From Eledone cirrhosa (lineage: Eukaryota): a DNA stretch of 31,239 nt. The stretch covers positions 1 to 31,239 of the forward strand of contig CAXHJY010001201.1 in NCBI GenBank assembly GCA_964016885.1. The letters are read 5' to 3'. Numbering within the stretch: position 1 is the stretch's first letter; each line of letters starts with the position of its first letter. Positions 12,529 to 25,384 of this stretch are shown in pieces. The notes beneath the pieces were generated by a model. That model saw nothing but the letters and a program-made list of their open reading frames with translations, was not told the origin of the DNA and searched no databases. The position numbers and the translations under genes were made by a program.

Positions 12529-12532
<4 letters not shown>
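12413..12532 (+). mobile_element. Family A element with a spacerless terminal hairpin
   Basis: ATAGGAACCAGTAAGACCCC|GGGGTTTTACTGGTTCCTAT, then the family A tail; (TA)n both sides. Confidence 0.85.
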
Positions 12533-12578
<46 letters not shown>

Positions 12579-12705
12579 TCTCTCTGTTTATTCTGCTCTC
12601 TCTCTCCCTTTCCTTCTCTATCTTTCTATTTCTCCATAACCCAACGGCTTATTTTAAAAATATCCAATACTAATAATTAACGTTATAACCCCATCCGAGA
12701 GCTTC

Positions 12706-12961
12706 CAACAGAATTGGTCGCATTCTTTAAGGGTATGTCAATATTTATTTATAAAACTGATCTATATTATATTTTATCTCATGAAAGCACACCATAATTT
12801 AACTTGGTGTCCTTGAAATATGTATAATTAAATAAATATGGTTTTATAAATATAGTTTCCATTTGTTAATATCGTATTTTTACTCCAATTATTTGTTGAG
12901 TGCTTTATATCAGTTATAAAAATATTTGCTTGTGGTATCCCAACAATTTGAATAGAACTGT

Positions 12962-12962
<1 letters not shown>
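12706..12962 (+). mobile_element. Family B element; HHR (12770-12834) has core mutation CTCATGA
   Basis: Near-identical to 15117-15372 and 20703-20918; G5>C is predicted to inactivate it. Confidence 0.85.
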
Positions 12963-12994
<32 letters not shown>

Positions 12995-12999
<5 letters not shown>

Positions 13000-13175
13000 A
13001 ACAAGTAAGACCCCGACGGCTGAGCTCAAGCCGTTTCGAGTCCAGAATTAGCCGTCGAAACGGCTTGAGCTCAGCCGTCGGGGTCTTACTTGTTCCTATT
13101 ACCCACTCTACTACCCTAAGTATTGAGTACTTTGGTGCGTTATGGTCCACCTGGTTCCTTATCACATTTCCTTCG

Positions 13176-13180
<5 letters not shown>
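12995..13180 (+). mobile_element. Family A fold-back element with HHR 3' half on both arms
   Basis: ~44-bp inverted arms; GAAA cggc-ttgagctca-gccg TC|ggggtc at 13057-13085; TA-flanked. Confidence 0.85.
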
Positions 13181-13212
<32 letters not shown>

Positions 13213-13642
13213 TATTTGAGAAGTATACACACAAACATGCGCATGTACATATATGCATATATATATTTATATCTATATAAATATATTTATATATATGTAT
13301 GAATATTTCAAAAGTATACACACACGCACATACATACATACATACATACATACATACATACATACATACATACATACACATGCATACATACATACACACA
13401 TGCATACATAAAAATACACGCATGCATACATACACACACATTTTGACAGATATATATATGTTTATATATATATATGCTTATATATATACGTTTATATATA
13501 TATATATATATATACACGAGAGGTGGGTTCTCTCAGTCTGTTGTTTCTGTCTTATCAATATTTGTAATCTTGTCAACCGACCATTTTGTCTTTTGTCAAC
13601 GTGAAAATTATTTTGTCACAGAATTAAGTGGAACGCGAATAA

Positions 13643-13671
<29 letters not shown>

Positions 13672-13676
<5 letters not shown>

Positions 13677-13835
13677 AACATATAGGAATATATATAAATA
13701 TAAATGTATGTATATATACACAAACATATAGGAATATATATAAATATAAATGTATGTATATATACACAAACATATAGGAATATATATAAATATAAATGTA
13801 TGTATATATACACAAACATATAGGAATATATATAC
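13672..13835. repeat. 46-bp tandem repeat x~4
   Basis: GGAAT anchor at 13685, 13731, 13777, 13823. Confidence 0.85.
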
Positions 13836-14080
13836 ATATACATATTGGAATATATATATATACACAAAGACATATATATGTATGTATATGTATATCTATA
13901 TATATACATGTGTGTGTATATATAAACATGTATGTATACAGATTATTATCTCGAAATTTGGATAATGAAGAGTGGTAAAAAAAAAATGAAGTTGAAAATT
14001 ACATCGACTGTATAGGAAAAAATATATATGTATGTATGTGTGTATGTATATCTTTGTGTAAATATATTTATATATATATA

Positions 14081-14091
14081 TCATTTTGATA

Positions 14092-14126
<35 letters not shown>

Positions 14127-14251
14127 TTTAGACAGTTTTAAATATATATATATATATATATATCATTTAGACAGTTTTAAATATATATATATATATATAT
14201 CATTTAGACAGTTTTAAATATATATATATATATATATATATCATTTAGACA

Positions 14252-14302
<51 letters not shown>

Positions 14303-14347
14303 TTTAGACAGTTTTATATATATATATATATATATATCATTTAGACA

Positions 14348-14355
<8 letters not shown>
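14081..14355. repeat. TCATTTAGACAGTTTT x7 with variable (TA)n spacers
   Basis: Motif at 14081, 14124, 14163, 14200, 14241, 14300, 14337. Confidence 0.9.
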
Positions 14356-14401
<46 letters not shown>

Positions 14402-14533
14402 CATATATATAATTCTCTAAATGATATATATATGTATATAAAGGTATACATACACACATATATACGTTTGAGAGAAAAGAGTACTCAATACTAAAGCAGA
14501 GTTTAAATATTAATATATTTTGGTTATCTAGTG

Positions 14534-14584
14534 AATGCTGTTACTCGGTGTTACTTGGAGTTTCACCAGCTCATAGACAGGATT
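14534..14584 (-). ncRNA. Degenerate hammerhead ribozyme (core CT-ATGA, G5 deleted)
   Basis: Minus: aatcctgt CTATGA gctggt GAAA ctc...gag TA|acagcatt. The downstream tail ACTCTGCTTTAGTATTGAGTAC resembles family D. Confidence 0.6.
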
Positions 14585-14962
14585 TTCAAACATGATAGCG
14601 ATGTTCTTTGACAAATATGTCACTGGTTCTATCTAATATCTTATCTCATCACCCTGTGTATGCCCAGGTGAAGCCCAATGAGTTGGGGAGGGAGAAAGGC
14701 CAAGAAATAAGGAAAAATATGGCAGAAGAATCGATCCCAGTACAGGGAAAATTAATCTGTGAAGGAATTTGAACTGAAACGTGAGAGAAGCCAAGATGAA
14801 TATTGGAAATCGACTTTGAACTCGCTGGCTTGAATCAAGACATACGATGTATTTTTATTTTTTCAGGATCGATCGACTTTCGTCAAATCGGACCTAGGAA
14901 ACAATGTTTCCGTTGGTCTTTCCAGTTGCTAATACTATCTATCGGTCGCAACTCCAGGTAGA

Positions 14963-15083
14963 AGGAGCAATGTGAAATAAAGTGTCTTGCTCAAGGACAT
15001 AACGCATTGCCCAGTCCAGGAATCGAACTCACAACCTCAAGATTGTGAATCCAATTCTCTAACCACTCAGCCACATGCCTTCA
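14963..15083 (-). mobile_element. tRNA-derived SINE (family S2), 5' part
   Basis: Minus: TGGCTGAGTGG A-box, GAGTTCGATTCC B-box, GTCCTTGAGCAAGACACTT. Confidence 0.85.
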
Positions 15084-15181
15084 CCTTCACATACGATGTA
15101 TATATATATATATATACCAACAGTAAAGGTTGCATTCTTTAAGGGTATGTCAATATTTATTTATAAAACTGCTCTATATTA

Positions 15182-15246
15182 TATTTTATCTGATGAAAGC
15201 ACACCATAATTTAACTTAGTGTCCTTGAAATATGTATAATGAAATA
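15182..15246 (+). ncRNA. Type I hammerhead ribozyme (family B; element 15117-15372)
   Basis: tattttat CTGATGA aagcacaccataatttaacttagtgtcctt GAAA tatgta TA|atgaaata. Confidence 0.8.
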
Positions 15247-15376
15247 AATATGGTTCTATACATATAGTTTCCATTTGTTAATATCGTATTTTTACTCCAA
15301 TTATTTGTTGAGTGCTTTATATCAGTTATAAAAATATTTGCTTGTTGTATCCCAACAATTTAAATAGAAGTTCTAC

Positions 15377-15419
<43 letters not shown>

Positions 15420-15502
15420 AATGTGTGTGCGTATGTTGTTTGTGTGTATGCAGACAACCGCACACAAACAAATTTACCTCTCTTCTCTTTCTCTCTCCAA
15501 TA

Positions 15503-15668
15503 TGTTGGTAAAGATGCCTATACTATAGCAATTAGAGTTACCCTTCTTTATAGTCTGAGTTCAAATCCCGCAGAGGTTAACTTTGCCTTTCATACTTACG
15601 GGGGTCGATAAAATAAAGTACCAGTAATTCATTGGGATAATTGCTGGCATTGTGCCAAGAGTAGAAAT
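15503..15668 (+). mobile_element. tRNA-derived SINE fragment (family S1)
   Basis: GAGTTCAAATCCCGCAGAGGTTAACTTTGCCTTTCAT...GGGGTCGATAAAATAAAGTACCAGT. Confidence 0.8.
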
Positions 15669-15820
15669 ACTTATTATATAGAAAAATGATCTCTGCAAGA
15701 CTAAAACTGTTTCATTCGTAATATGAAATTATCATGTTGCCTCTCTCTCTCTCTATATATATATATATAAAATAAAATAAAATAAATAAGTCAAATGTTT
15801 AAAATTTGGCTTCGTTTATT

Positions 15821-15875
15821 ACTGCTATATATATTTCGGTGACAGCCATCTTTAGTTGTGACCTCTTCAGGCAGT
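15821..15875 (-). ncRNA. Type I hammerhead ribozyme (family C, intact)
   Basis: Minus: actgc CTGAAGA ggtcacaactaaagatggctgtcacc GAAA tatata TA|gcagt, followed by AATAAA. Confidence 0.8.
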
Positions 15876-16083
15876 CTGAATTAGTGTGGTAGAGACAAGT
15901 ACACATGTTGTTGATGTGTTTAACTTTGTCAATACTCTGATATGTCCAGTTCCTGGTTGGGTTGTTATTTCATTGAGGAACTGGAATTATGATTCAACCC
16001 AACCAGGAACTGGGCATATCAGAGTATTGACGGAGTTAAATACCTCAACAACATGTGTACTCGTCTCTACCACACTAATTCGG

Positions 16084-16138
16084 ACTGCCTGAAGAGGTCA
16101 CAACCAAAGATGGCTGTCACCCAAATATATATAGCAGT
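16084..16138 (+). ncRNA. Hammerhead ribozyme (family C) with GAAA>CAAA
   Basis: Mirror of 15821-15875; C at 16122 replaces catalytic G12. Confidence 0.7.
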
Positions 16139-16282
16139 AATAAACAAAGCCAAATTTTAAACATTTGACTTATTCATTTTATTTTACATTACTCCGGAGT
16201 AACCAAACCAACCTGCGCACTTCGTCGAGTGCTCCAATCTGTATATGAGGTGTCGGCATACAACCAACATATACTCAAAATT

Positions 16283-16412
<130 letters not shown>

Positions 16413-16459
16413 TGTGTGTATGTGTGTGTGTGTGTGTGTGTATATCGATCTGTCAAGCT

Positions 16460-16680
16460 CATCAGACCAATGCCTATCCCAGTTTAATCGACATGAAGCC
16501 ACTAAGTGTACATGACTCACCCTTGGACAGGACGCTAGTCCATCACATGCTCAACTTCCCAGCTATTACTGTTATTCATTTGCAGCCGAGTATACTGAAG
16601 CGACGTAAAATGAAGAATTTTGCTCAAGAACAAAACACGCCACCCACACCGAGGGCAGAGCGCACGACATCATGATCGAA
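16460..16680 (-). mobile_element. Old degraded SINE related to family S2
   Basis: CATTTGCAGCCGAGTATACTGAAGCGACGTAAAATGAAG..TTTGCTCAAGAACA aligns with 2351-2415. Confidence 0.6.
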
Positions 16681-16836
16681 ATATATAATATATATATATA
16701 TTTATATGGAAAGTTATATTTAAATTGTTGGGTTACAACTAGTAAATATTTATAACTGATATAAAAGCACTCGACAAGTATTTGGAGTATATTTACGATA
16801 TTAAATAAATGGAAACTATATTTATAAAACCATATT

Positions 16837-16902
16837 TATTTCATTATATATATTTCAGGGATATCATATTAACAATATGCTATGCCTTCCTCAGACAAAA
16901 TA
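16837..16902 (-). ncRNA. Type I hammerhead ribozyme (family B2, long arm of fold-back 16710-17098)
   Basis: Minus: tattttgt CTGAGGA aggcatagcatattgttaatatgatatccct GAAA tatata TA|atgaaata. Confidence 0.8.
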
Positions 16903-16989
16903 CAATTCAAAATACAATTCAACTTTTCAAATACAAGTCGATGTTGTACGATATGTCAAATCTATTTATCTATAAAACTGTTTATATTG

Positions 16990-17055
16990 TATTTTGTCTG
17001 AGGAAGGCATAGCATATTGTTAATATGTTATCCCTGAAATATATATAATGAAATA
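16990..17055 (+). ncRNA. Type I hammerhead ribozyme (family B2, short arm)
   Basis: tattttgt CTGAGGA agg-c-atagcatatt-gtt-aatatgttat-c-cct GAAA tatata TA|atgaaata. Confidence 0.8.
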
Positions 17056-17102
17056 AATATGGTTTTATAAATATAGTTTCCATTTATTTAATATCGTATA
17101 TA

Positions 17103-17139
<37 letters not shown>

Positions 17140-17169
17140 ACATACATACATACATGTAATATATGTACA

Positions 17170-17215
<46 letters not shown>

Positions 17216-17246
17216 TACATATATATATAATATATGTACATTTTAA

Positions 17247-17278
<32 letters not shown>

Positions 17279-17337
17279 ACAGAAATGTTATATAAGATTC
17301 GGTCGCGTGTTTTGAATATATGAATCGATTATTTTAC

Positions 17338-17409
<72 letters not shown>

Positions 17410-17410
17410 C

Positions 17411-17457
<47 letters not shown>

Positions 17458-17576
17458 TATATTTTTCAAAGATAGAAACGTATTTTTATAAATATATCTG
17501 TGTATATACATATATATATACATATATATGGCTATTAAATATAGAAATGTGTGTGTGTGTATATATATATATATAT

Positions 17577-17618
<42 letters not shown>

Positions 17619-17902
17619 TACACATTATATACTATACATATTTTATATAAAATATTTCGTCGTATGTTTTTTTTTTCATATTGGAGACTCCTAAACTTTC
17701 TGCCTGGTTCCTCTTTCCGCTTTTACCTGCCTCGTTTCCGAACTTCTTTGCATCTTTTGCCTTATCGCTACGGCGTATTTAGCCTGGCTACCATTTTTTT
17801 TTCTCTCATCATCAGAACTTTGTTGTTTTTCCCACTCTCTACTCTTATATACACAAGCACATACTAGAACACACATGCATATATGTATACATACATAGAT
17901 AC

Positions 17903-17970
<68 letters not shown>

Positions 17971-18050
17971 CATTCATACATAGTTATATGCATATTTGTG
18001 CGTACATATGTGGATATATATATACATATATATATATGCATGTACAGGCA

Positions 18051-18117
<67 letters not shown>

Positions 18118-18363
18118 ATATATATACATATACACACTCACACATATATATATATACATATATTTATGTGTATATATATAGATATTCAAATATACATATA
18201 TACACACACATACAAACACACATACATATACTTTCTTATACATTGATATATACATACACACATACACACACACACACATATATATATATATGTATATATA
18301 AACATATATATTCATATATACATACATATACACATATACGTATATATACATATACATAAATAC

Positions 18364-18462
<99 letters not shown>

Positions 18463-18797
18463 AACACATATATATATACACACATATATACACATAAATA
18501 AATTTATATGCATACACACGAATATATATACATGTACAAAGAAACACATATATACATACATACATTACGTTACATTGCATATTACGCCACTCCCTTCGTT
18601 ACTATACAAGCAAGAAGCAGACGACAATCCGAGGCAGATGATTTTCTTTCATCAAATCATCTCTCCATTTTTATACGTCGTTCGTTGTCTTTTTAATGTT
18701 GATATAGTTTGTTTAGATTAATTTACATATGAACATATTTTCAAATACACACACACACACACACACACATATATATGTATGTGAGTGTGTGTGTCTG

Positions 18798-18847
<50 letters not shown>

Positions 18848-19009
18848 TATATATATTTATATCTATATATATATTTATGAATATATATATTTATATCTAT
18901 ATATATATTTATATATATGTATCTATATATATATTTATATATATATATATCTATATACATATCTATATCTATATATATATATTTATATCTATATATATAT
19001 ATATTTATA

Positions 19010-19046
<37 letters not shown>

Positions 19047-19059
19047 CTCGATATATATC

Positions 19060-19092
<33 letters not shown>

Positions 19093-19414
19093 CTATATAT
19101 ATATATATATATATATTTATATCTATATATATTTATATATATATATATATGAATATATATATTTATATATATATGAATATATATATTTATATCTATATAT
19201 ATATTTATATATATATATATATATATGAATATATATATTTATATCCATATATATATTTATATCTATATATATATATATATATGAATATATATATTTATAT
19301 CTATGAATAATATATATATATATATATATATACACAATATTTATAAGTAAACATTTTCTTTCCAATAAAAAAAAAAAATACCCAAATATTTTTACGAAAA
19401 AGGGGATAGGAGAA

Positions 19415-19460
<46 letters not shown>

Positions 19461-20109
19461 ATGTATATATATATATATATATGTAAGTATATATGTATGT
19501 TTATGTATATATATATGTGTGTCTGTATGTATATATATATATATATGTGCGTGTGTGTATATATGTGTGTATATATATATATATATATGTGTTTGTGTGT
19601 ATGTATATATATATATATATATGTGTGTATGTATATATATGTGTGTGTGTGTATATATATGTGTGTGTATATATATATATGTGTCTGTGTGTATGTATAT
19701 ATATATATGTGTGTGTGTATGTGTATATATATGTGTGTGTGTGTATATATATGTGTGTGTGTGTATACATATATATGTGTGTGTGTGTGTATGTATATAT
19801 ATATATGTGTGTATGTATATATGTGTGTGTATGTATATATATGTGTCTGTATACATATATATGTGTGTCTGTGTGTATGTATATATATGTATATGTGTGT
19901 GTATGTATATATATGTGTGTGTATGTATATATATGTGTGTCTGTATACATATATATGTGTGTGTGTGTGTATGTATATATATATATGTGTGTGTATACGC
20001 AGGTTCATTGAAGTCTCCATGCTAAAGAAAGATCAACTGGAGTCCGATGAAACGGGATGTTACCCTAAATATGTTTAGAAGATATATATATATAGAGAGA
20101 GAGAGAGGG

Positions 20110-20150
<41 letters not shown>

Positions 20151-20583
20151 GGGAGCGAGAGAGGGGTGGGGTGGGGTGGGGGAGAGAAAGGGGGTGGGAT
20201 AGAGAGGGTGATGGTGGATGGGGGGCGGGATGGGGGCGAGATAGATAGATAGAGGGAGAGAGAGATGGAGAGATAGAGAGATGGGGAGAGATAGATAGAG
20301 AGATGGGGAGAGAGAGAGAGAGAGAGATAGGAAGAGAGAGAGAGATGGGGAGAGAGAGAGAGAGAGATGGAGAGAGAGAGCTAGAGAGTGGGGTGCGGGT
20401 GATAGCAATAATAATGATAATAATAAGTTGAAAATGGAAGGCGAAACTGCTGATGAATGTAAGAAAAATGTATATAATATATATATATATAAAATTATAT
20501 ATATATACACATGTATATATATATATATATACATATAATTATACGATATTAACAAATGGAAACTATATTTATAAAACCATATT

Positions 20584-20648
20584 TATTTCATTATACATAT
20601 TTCAAGGACACCAAGTTAAATTATGGTGTGCTTTCATCAGATAAAATA
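20584..20648 (-). ncRNA. Type I hammerhead ribozyme (family B, short arm of fold-back 20541-20918)
   Basis: Minus: tattttat CTGATGA aag-c-acacca...tggtgt-c-ctt GAAA tatgta TA|atgaaata. Confidence 0.85.
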
Positions 20649-20767
20649 TAATATATAGATCAGTTTTATAAATAAATATTGACATACCCTTAAAAAATGC
20701 AACCAACAGTAATGGTTGCATTCTTTAAGGGTATGTCAATATTTATTTATAAAACTGATCTATATTA

Positions 20768-20832
20768 TATTTTGTCTGATGAAAGCACACCATAATTTAA
20801 CTTGGTGTCCTTGAAATATGTATAATGAAATA
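20768..20832 (+). ncRNA. Type I hammerhead ribozyme (family B, long arm)
   Basis: CTGATGA 20776-20782, GAAA 20813-20816, predicted cleavage after 20824. Confidence 0.85.
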
Positions 20833-21113
20833 AATATGGTTTTATAAATATAGTTTCCATTTGTTAATATCGTATGTTTACTCCAAATAATTGTTGAGTG
20901 CTTTATATCAGTTATAAATAGAACTTTTACATACATATAATTATATATATATATATACGTATATTGTTAAACAGATATATATATATACATATACATATAC
21001 ATACATCTATATACATACATATCTATATACATGCATACATAATTATATCTAAACATACATACATATTCATATATATACATACATACATATTCATATACAT
21101 ACATACATACAAC

Positions 21114-21163
<50 letters not shown>

Positions 21164-21550
21164 AATATATACATATATATTCATTTAGTTTCCGTAAACA
21201 TAAGCAAGTCCGAGTGTTTAATACTTTCTAAAAGGGATATTGAGTGTGTGTGTGTGCTAGTGTGTGTGTGACTGTGCGTGTGTGACTTTATGTGTGACTG
21301 TATGTGTGACTGTTTGTGTGTGTGTGTGTGACTGAGTGTGTGTGTGACTGAGTGTGTGTGTGTGAGATTGTGTGTGTGTATGTGTGTGTGTGTGACTATG
21401 GGTGCGTGTGTTACTGTGCATGTGTATGTGTGACTATGTGTGACTGTGTATGTGTGTGCGTGTGTGACTTTGTGTGTGACTGTGTGTGTGACTGTGCGTG
21501 TGTATGTGTGACTGTGCGTGTGTGAATGACTACGCGTGTGTGTGACTGTG

Positions 21551-21574
21551 CTTTATAACATAACACTAAAACAA

Positions 21575-21606
<32 letters not shown>

Positions 21607-22024
21607 TACCTCTGGTCAAACATAAATACACACACATAGAGCATGGAATAACACTAAAAGACACTCTCTCTCTCTCCACCACTCTCTCTCTCTCTCTGCT
21701 ACACACAACCTTTATATCATAACACTAAAGGAATCGCTCTCTCTCTCTCTTTTTCTCTGTCACAAACAACAAACAACACACGCAGAGAAACACACATACA
21801 AAGAGAGAGAGGGAGAGAGAGAGAGAGAGATAGGGAGAGAGAGAGAGAGATAGGGAGAGAGAGAGATAGGGAGATAGGGAGATAGAGAGAGAGAGATAGA
21901 GATAGAGAGATACACATTTTATATCATAGCACTAAAAGACACTCACTCTGTCTCTCTCTGTTTCTTTCTGTCACATAGAGAGAGAGGGGAGAGAGAGATA
22001 GAGAGAGTGAGTGAAAGAGAGAGT

Positions 22025-22072
<48 letters not shown>

Positions 22073-22420
22073 AAGTGAGCGAGAGAAAGAGACACTTTAT
22101 ATCATAAAACTAAAAGAATGTCTCTTTCTCTTTCACATACGCAGAGAGAGAAAAAGAGAGAGAGAGGGAGAGATAGAGAAAGGGGGAGAGAAAAAGGGGG
22201 GAGAGAGAAAGAGGGAGAGAGAAAAAGATAGAGATAGAGAGATAGAGAGAAAGAGATAGAGAGAAAGAGATAGAGAGAAAGAGGAAGAGAGAAAGAGAGA
22301 GAGAGAGAAAGAGAGGAAGAGAAAGAGAGGGAGAGAAACGCAGTGAAAGAGAGAGATAAAGAGACAGAGAAAGAGACATTTTATATCTTCAAACTAAAAG
22401 AGTCCCTCTCTCTCTGTCTG
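21551..22420. repeat. Degenerate array of TTTATATCATAACACTAAAAGAC x6 with (CT)/(CA)/(GA) spacers
   Basis: Motif near 21551, 21648, 21710, 21917, 22095, 22379. Confidence 0.75.
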
Positions 22421-22752
22421 TGACACACACACACAGAAACACACCAACACACACACACACACACACGCACAGGTACCAACAGACAGAAACATGTAGTATA
22501 TAAGATTGTAAATAAAAGTTTAGCTATCCTGCCAACCGGGAGGTTTCGTGTAATATCCCCCGCAGGTTTGTTAGTCATTATTTTCACTCTGTAATAATTG
22601 TTTACAAATCCATGTTTACAAACGTATTCTGCATAAACATACACAAATACACACATACTTAAATACAACGGCAGCCACATAAACACACGCCTACAGTATT
22701 GGATTGTGTGTGTGTTTGTGTGTACACTTCGTTTTCGTTCAATATATGTTTA

Positions 22753-22820
<68 letters not shown>

Positions 22821-22926
22821 AACATATATTGAACGAAATATATACATATATATACAATTACATATATATATATTATATAATTACATACATATACATACAA
22901 TTACATATATATTATATATTATTTAA

Positions 22927-22970
<44 letters not shown>

Positions 22971-23079
22971 GCATAAACATTATATATAAACATTATATAT
23001 ATAGTATGACAGAGTGTCTAATACGGGGATGAAAATTAACACACATATATATACACACATACACGAACATGCATGTGTC

Positions 23080-23132
<53 letters not shown>

Positions 23133-23136
23133 CTGC

Positions 23137-23172
<36 letters not shown>

Positions 23173-23173
23173 C

Positions 23174-23219
<46 letters not shown>

Positions 23220-23399
23220 TGTATATATATGTATATATACATACAATATATATGTATGTATATATACGTACATATATATATATATCTATATATACGTACA
23301 TATATATATATATATATATATATACGTACATATATATATATGTATATATACGTACATATATATATATATATGTATATATACGTACACACATATATATAT

Positions 23400-23491
<92 letters not shown>

Positions 23492-23640
23492 GTCTGAATA
23501 TTAATGTATATATACATACAATATATATGTATGTATACATACAATATATATGTATATATATGTATATATACATATATATGTATATATATTTGTATATATA
23601 CGTACATATATATATATATATGTATATACACACACATACT

Positions 23641-23695
<55 letters not shown>

Positions 23696-23799
23696 ACACT
23701 CTTCCCTCTGTCTTCCATTTTAGAAATATTACATTGAGTTTCTGAGAAAGATGACGAAAATAACGAGACCAATCCTTCACGTGGTAGAATCTATAATAC

Positions 23800-25100
23800 A
23801 GTTGCTGTTGTTGTTGGTGGTGCTGTTGCTGTTGTTGTTGCTGTTATTGTTATTGGTGCTGTTGATCGTGATGTTATTGTTACTGCTGTTGATGGTGGTG
23901 TTGTTATTGTTACTGCTGTTGATGGTGGTGTTGTTATTGTTGCTGTTGTTTTTTTTGGTGTTTCTGTTGTTGTTATTGTTGCTGCTGTTGGTGGTGTTGC
24001 TGCTGTTACTGCTGCTGTTGGTATTGTTATTGTTGTTTGCTGCTGTTGTTGGTGCTGTTGTTGTTATTGGTGCTGCTGCTGTTGGTATTGTTATTGTTAC
24101 TGCTATTGGTGTTGTTATTGTTATTGTTGCTGTTGTTGTTATTGGTGTTGCTGTTGTTACTGCTGCTGTTGGTGTTGTTATTGTTGTTTGCTGTTGTTGT
24201 TGGTGCTGTTGTTGTTATTGGTGCTGCTGCTGTTGGTATTGTTATTGTTACTGCTATTGGTGTTGGTGTTGTTATTGTTGCTGTTGTTGTTACTGCTGCT
24301 GTTGGTGTTGTTATTGTTGTTACTGCTGCTGTTGGTGTTGTTATTGTTGTTACTGCTGCTGTTGGTGTTGTTATTGTTACTGCTATTGTTGTTGGTGTTG
24401 TTATTGTTGCTGCTGTTGGTGGTGTTGCTGTTGGTGTTGTTATTGTTGTTTGCTGTTCTTGTTTGTGTTGTTGTTGTTGTTGGTGCTGTTGTTATTGTTG
24501 CTGCTGTTGATGGTGTTGTTATTGTTACTGCTATTGGTGGTGGTGTTGTTATTGTTGCTGTTATTGTTGTTGCTGTTGTTGTTATTGTTGCTGCTGTTGG
24601 TGGTGTTGCTGTTGTTGTTGTTGGTGCTGTTGTTTTTATTGATGTTGGTGCTGTTGCTGTTGTTGCTGTTGCTGTTGTTGCTGTTATTGCTGTTGGTGCT
24701 GCTGTTGTTATTGTTACTGTTGTTATTTGTGTTGCTGTTGTTATTTGTGTTGCTGCTGTTGTTGTTGTTGGTGTTGCTGTTCTTGTTGATGCTGCTACTA
24801 TTATGGTTGCTGCTGATGTTGCTGTCATTTTTGCTGCTATTTTCATTGTTCGTGTTGTTAATGCAGGTGTTGTTGTTGTTGCTGCTGCTGTTATTGCAGA
24901 TGTTGTTGTTGTTATTGTAGATGCTGCTGTTGTTGCTGTTACCGATGTTGCTGCTGCTGTGGTTATTGTTGCTGTTGTTGTTGTTGTTGTGATGTTGGTG
25001 CTCCTACTATTATCAATGTTGTTGTTGTTATTGTTGCAACAATTCAAAACAACAACAACAACAAACAAACAAACAAACAAAACGACAATAAAATCAACAA
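23800..25100. repeat. Large degenerate (GTT/GCT)n repeat, switching to (CAA)n at ~25037
   Basis: Read directly; the poly-L/V/C/T ORFs are artefacts. Confidence 0.95.
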
Positions 25101-25298
25101 CGAAGATCAATATTCTATATTTGACTCTTGACCTTTCAAATTCCCAGTTATTCTCTTTCCTTGTCTATAAATATCGATTTATTTGCTTCTCATTGACACA
25201 ATAGAAACATATGAATCAATATAGGCCGACTCCATTTCATTACTGCTATCTGTTCTCATCAACACAAATATAAGGTCGAAATTAAGGCAACGCCATGA

Positions 25299-25384
25299 TT
25301 AACCTTTTAGCATTTAAACCAGCTATATACAGCCAGAATTCTCTCACCTCTTTCTGTTCAAACCAGCCATTACCGACCATAACC
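25299..25384 (+). mobile_element. Possible end of a TTAA-type (piggyBac-like) MITE
   Basis: TTAACCTTTTAGCATTTAAACCAGC start; no partner TIR found in the window. Confidence 0.3.

Larger units (their letters stand above)
15772..16280. mobile_element. Family C head-to-head fold-back (~190-bp arms, ~30-bp spacer) plus 3' tail
   Basis: 15772-15964 is the reverse complement of 15995-16186 with scattered mismatches. Confidence 0.9.

Noticed and set aside
14081-14355. CRISPR-like repeat-spacer pattern
   Set aside because: The spacers are pure (TA)n.
14990-15083. tRNA gene
   Set aside because: A/B boxes run into a SINE body, there is no complete cloverleaf, and it is multicopy.
15680-15740. Family D-like hammerhead (minus)
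   Set aside because: Core too decayed (ATGATAA, GCA site) to list as a ribozyme.
23751-25204. 300-390 aa poly-L/V/T/C ORFs (mucin-like or TM-like)
   Set aside because: Trinucleotide repeat open in several frames on both strands.
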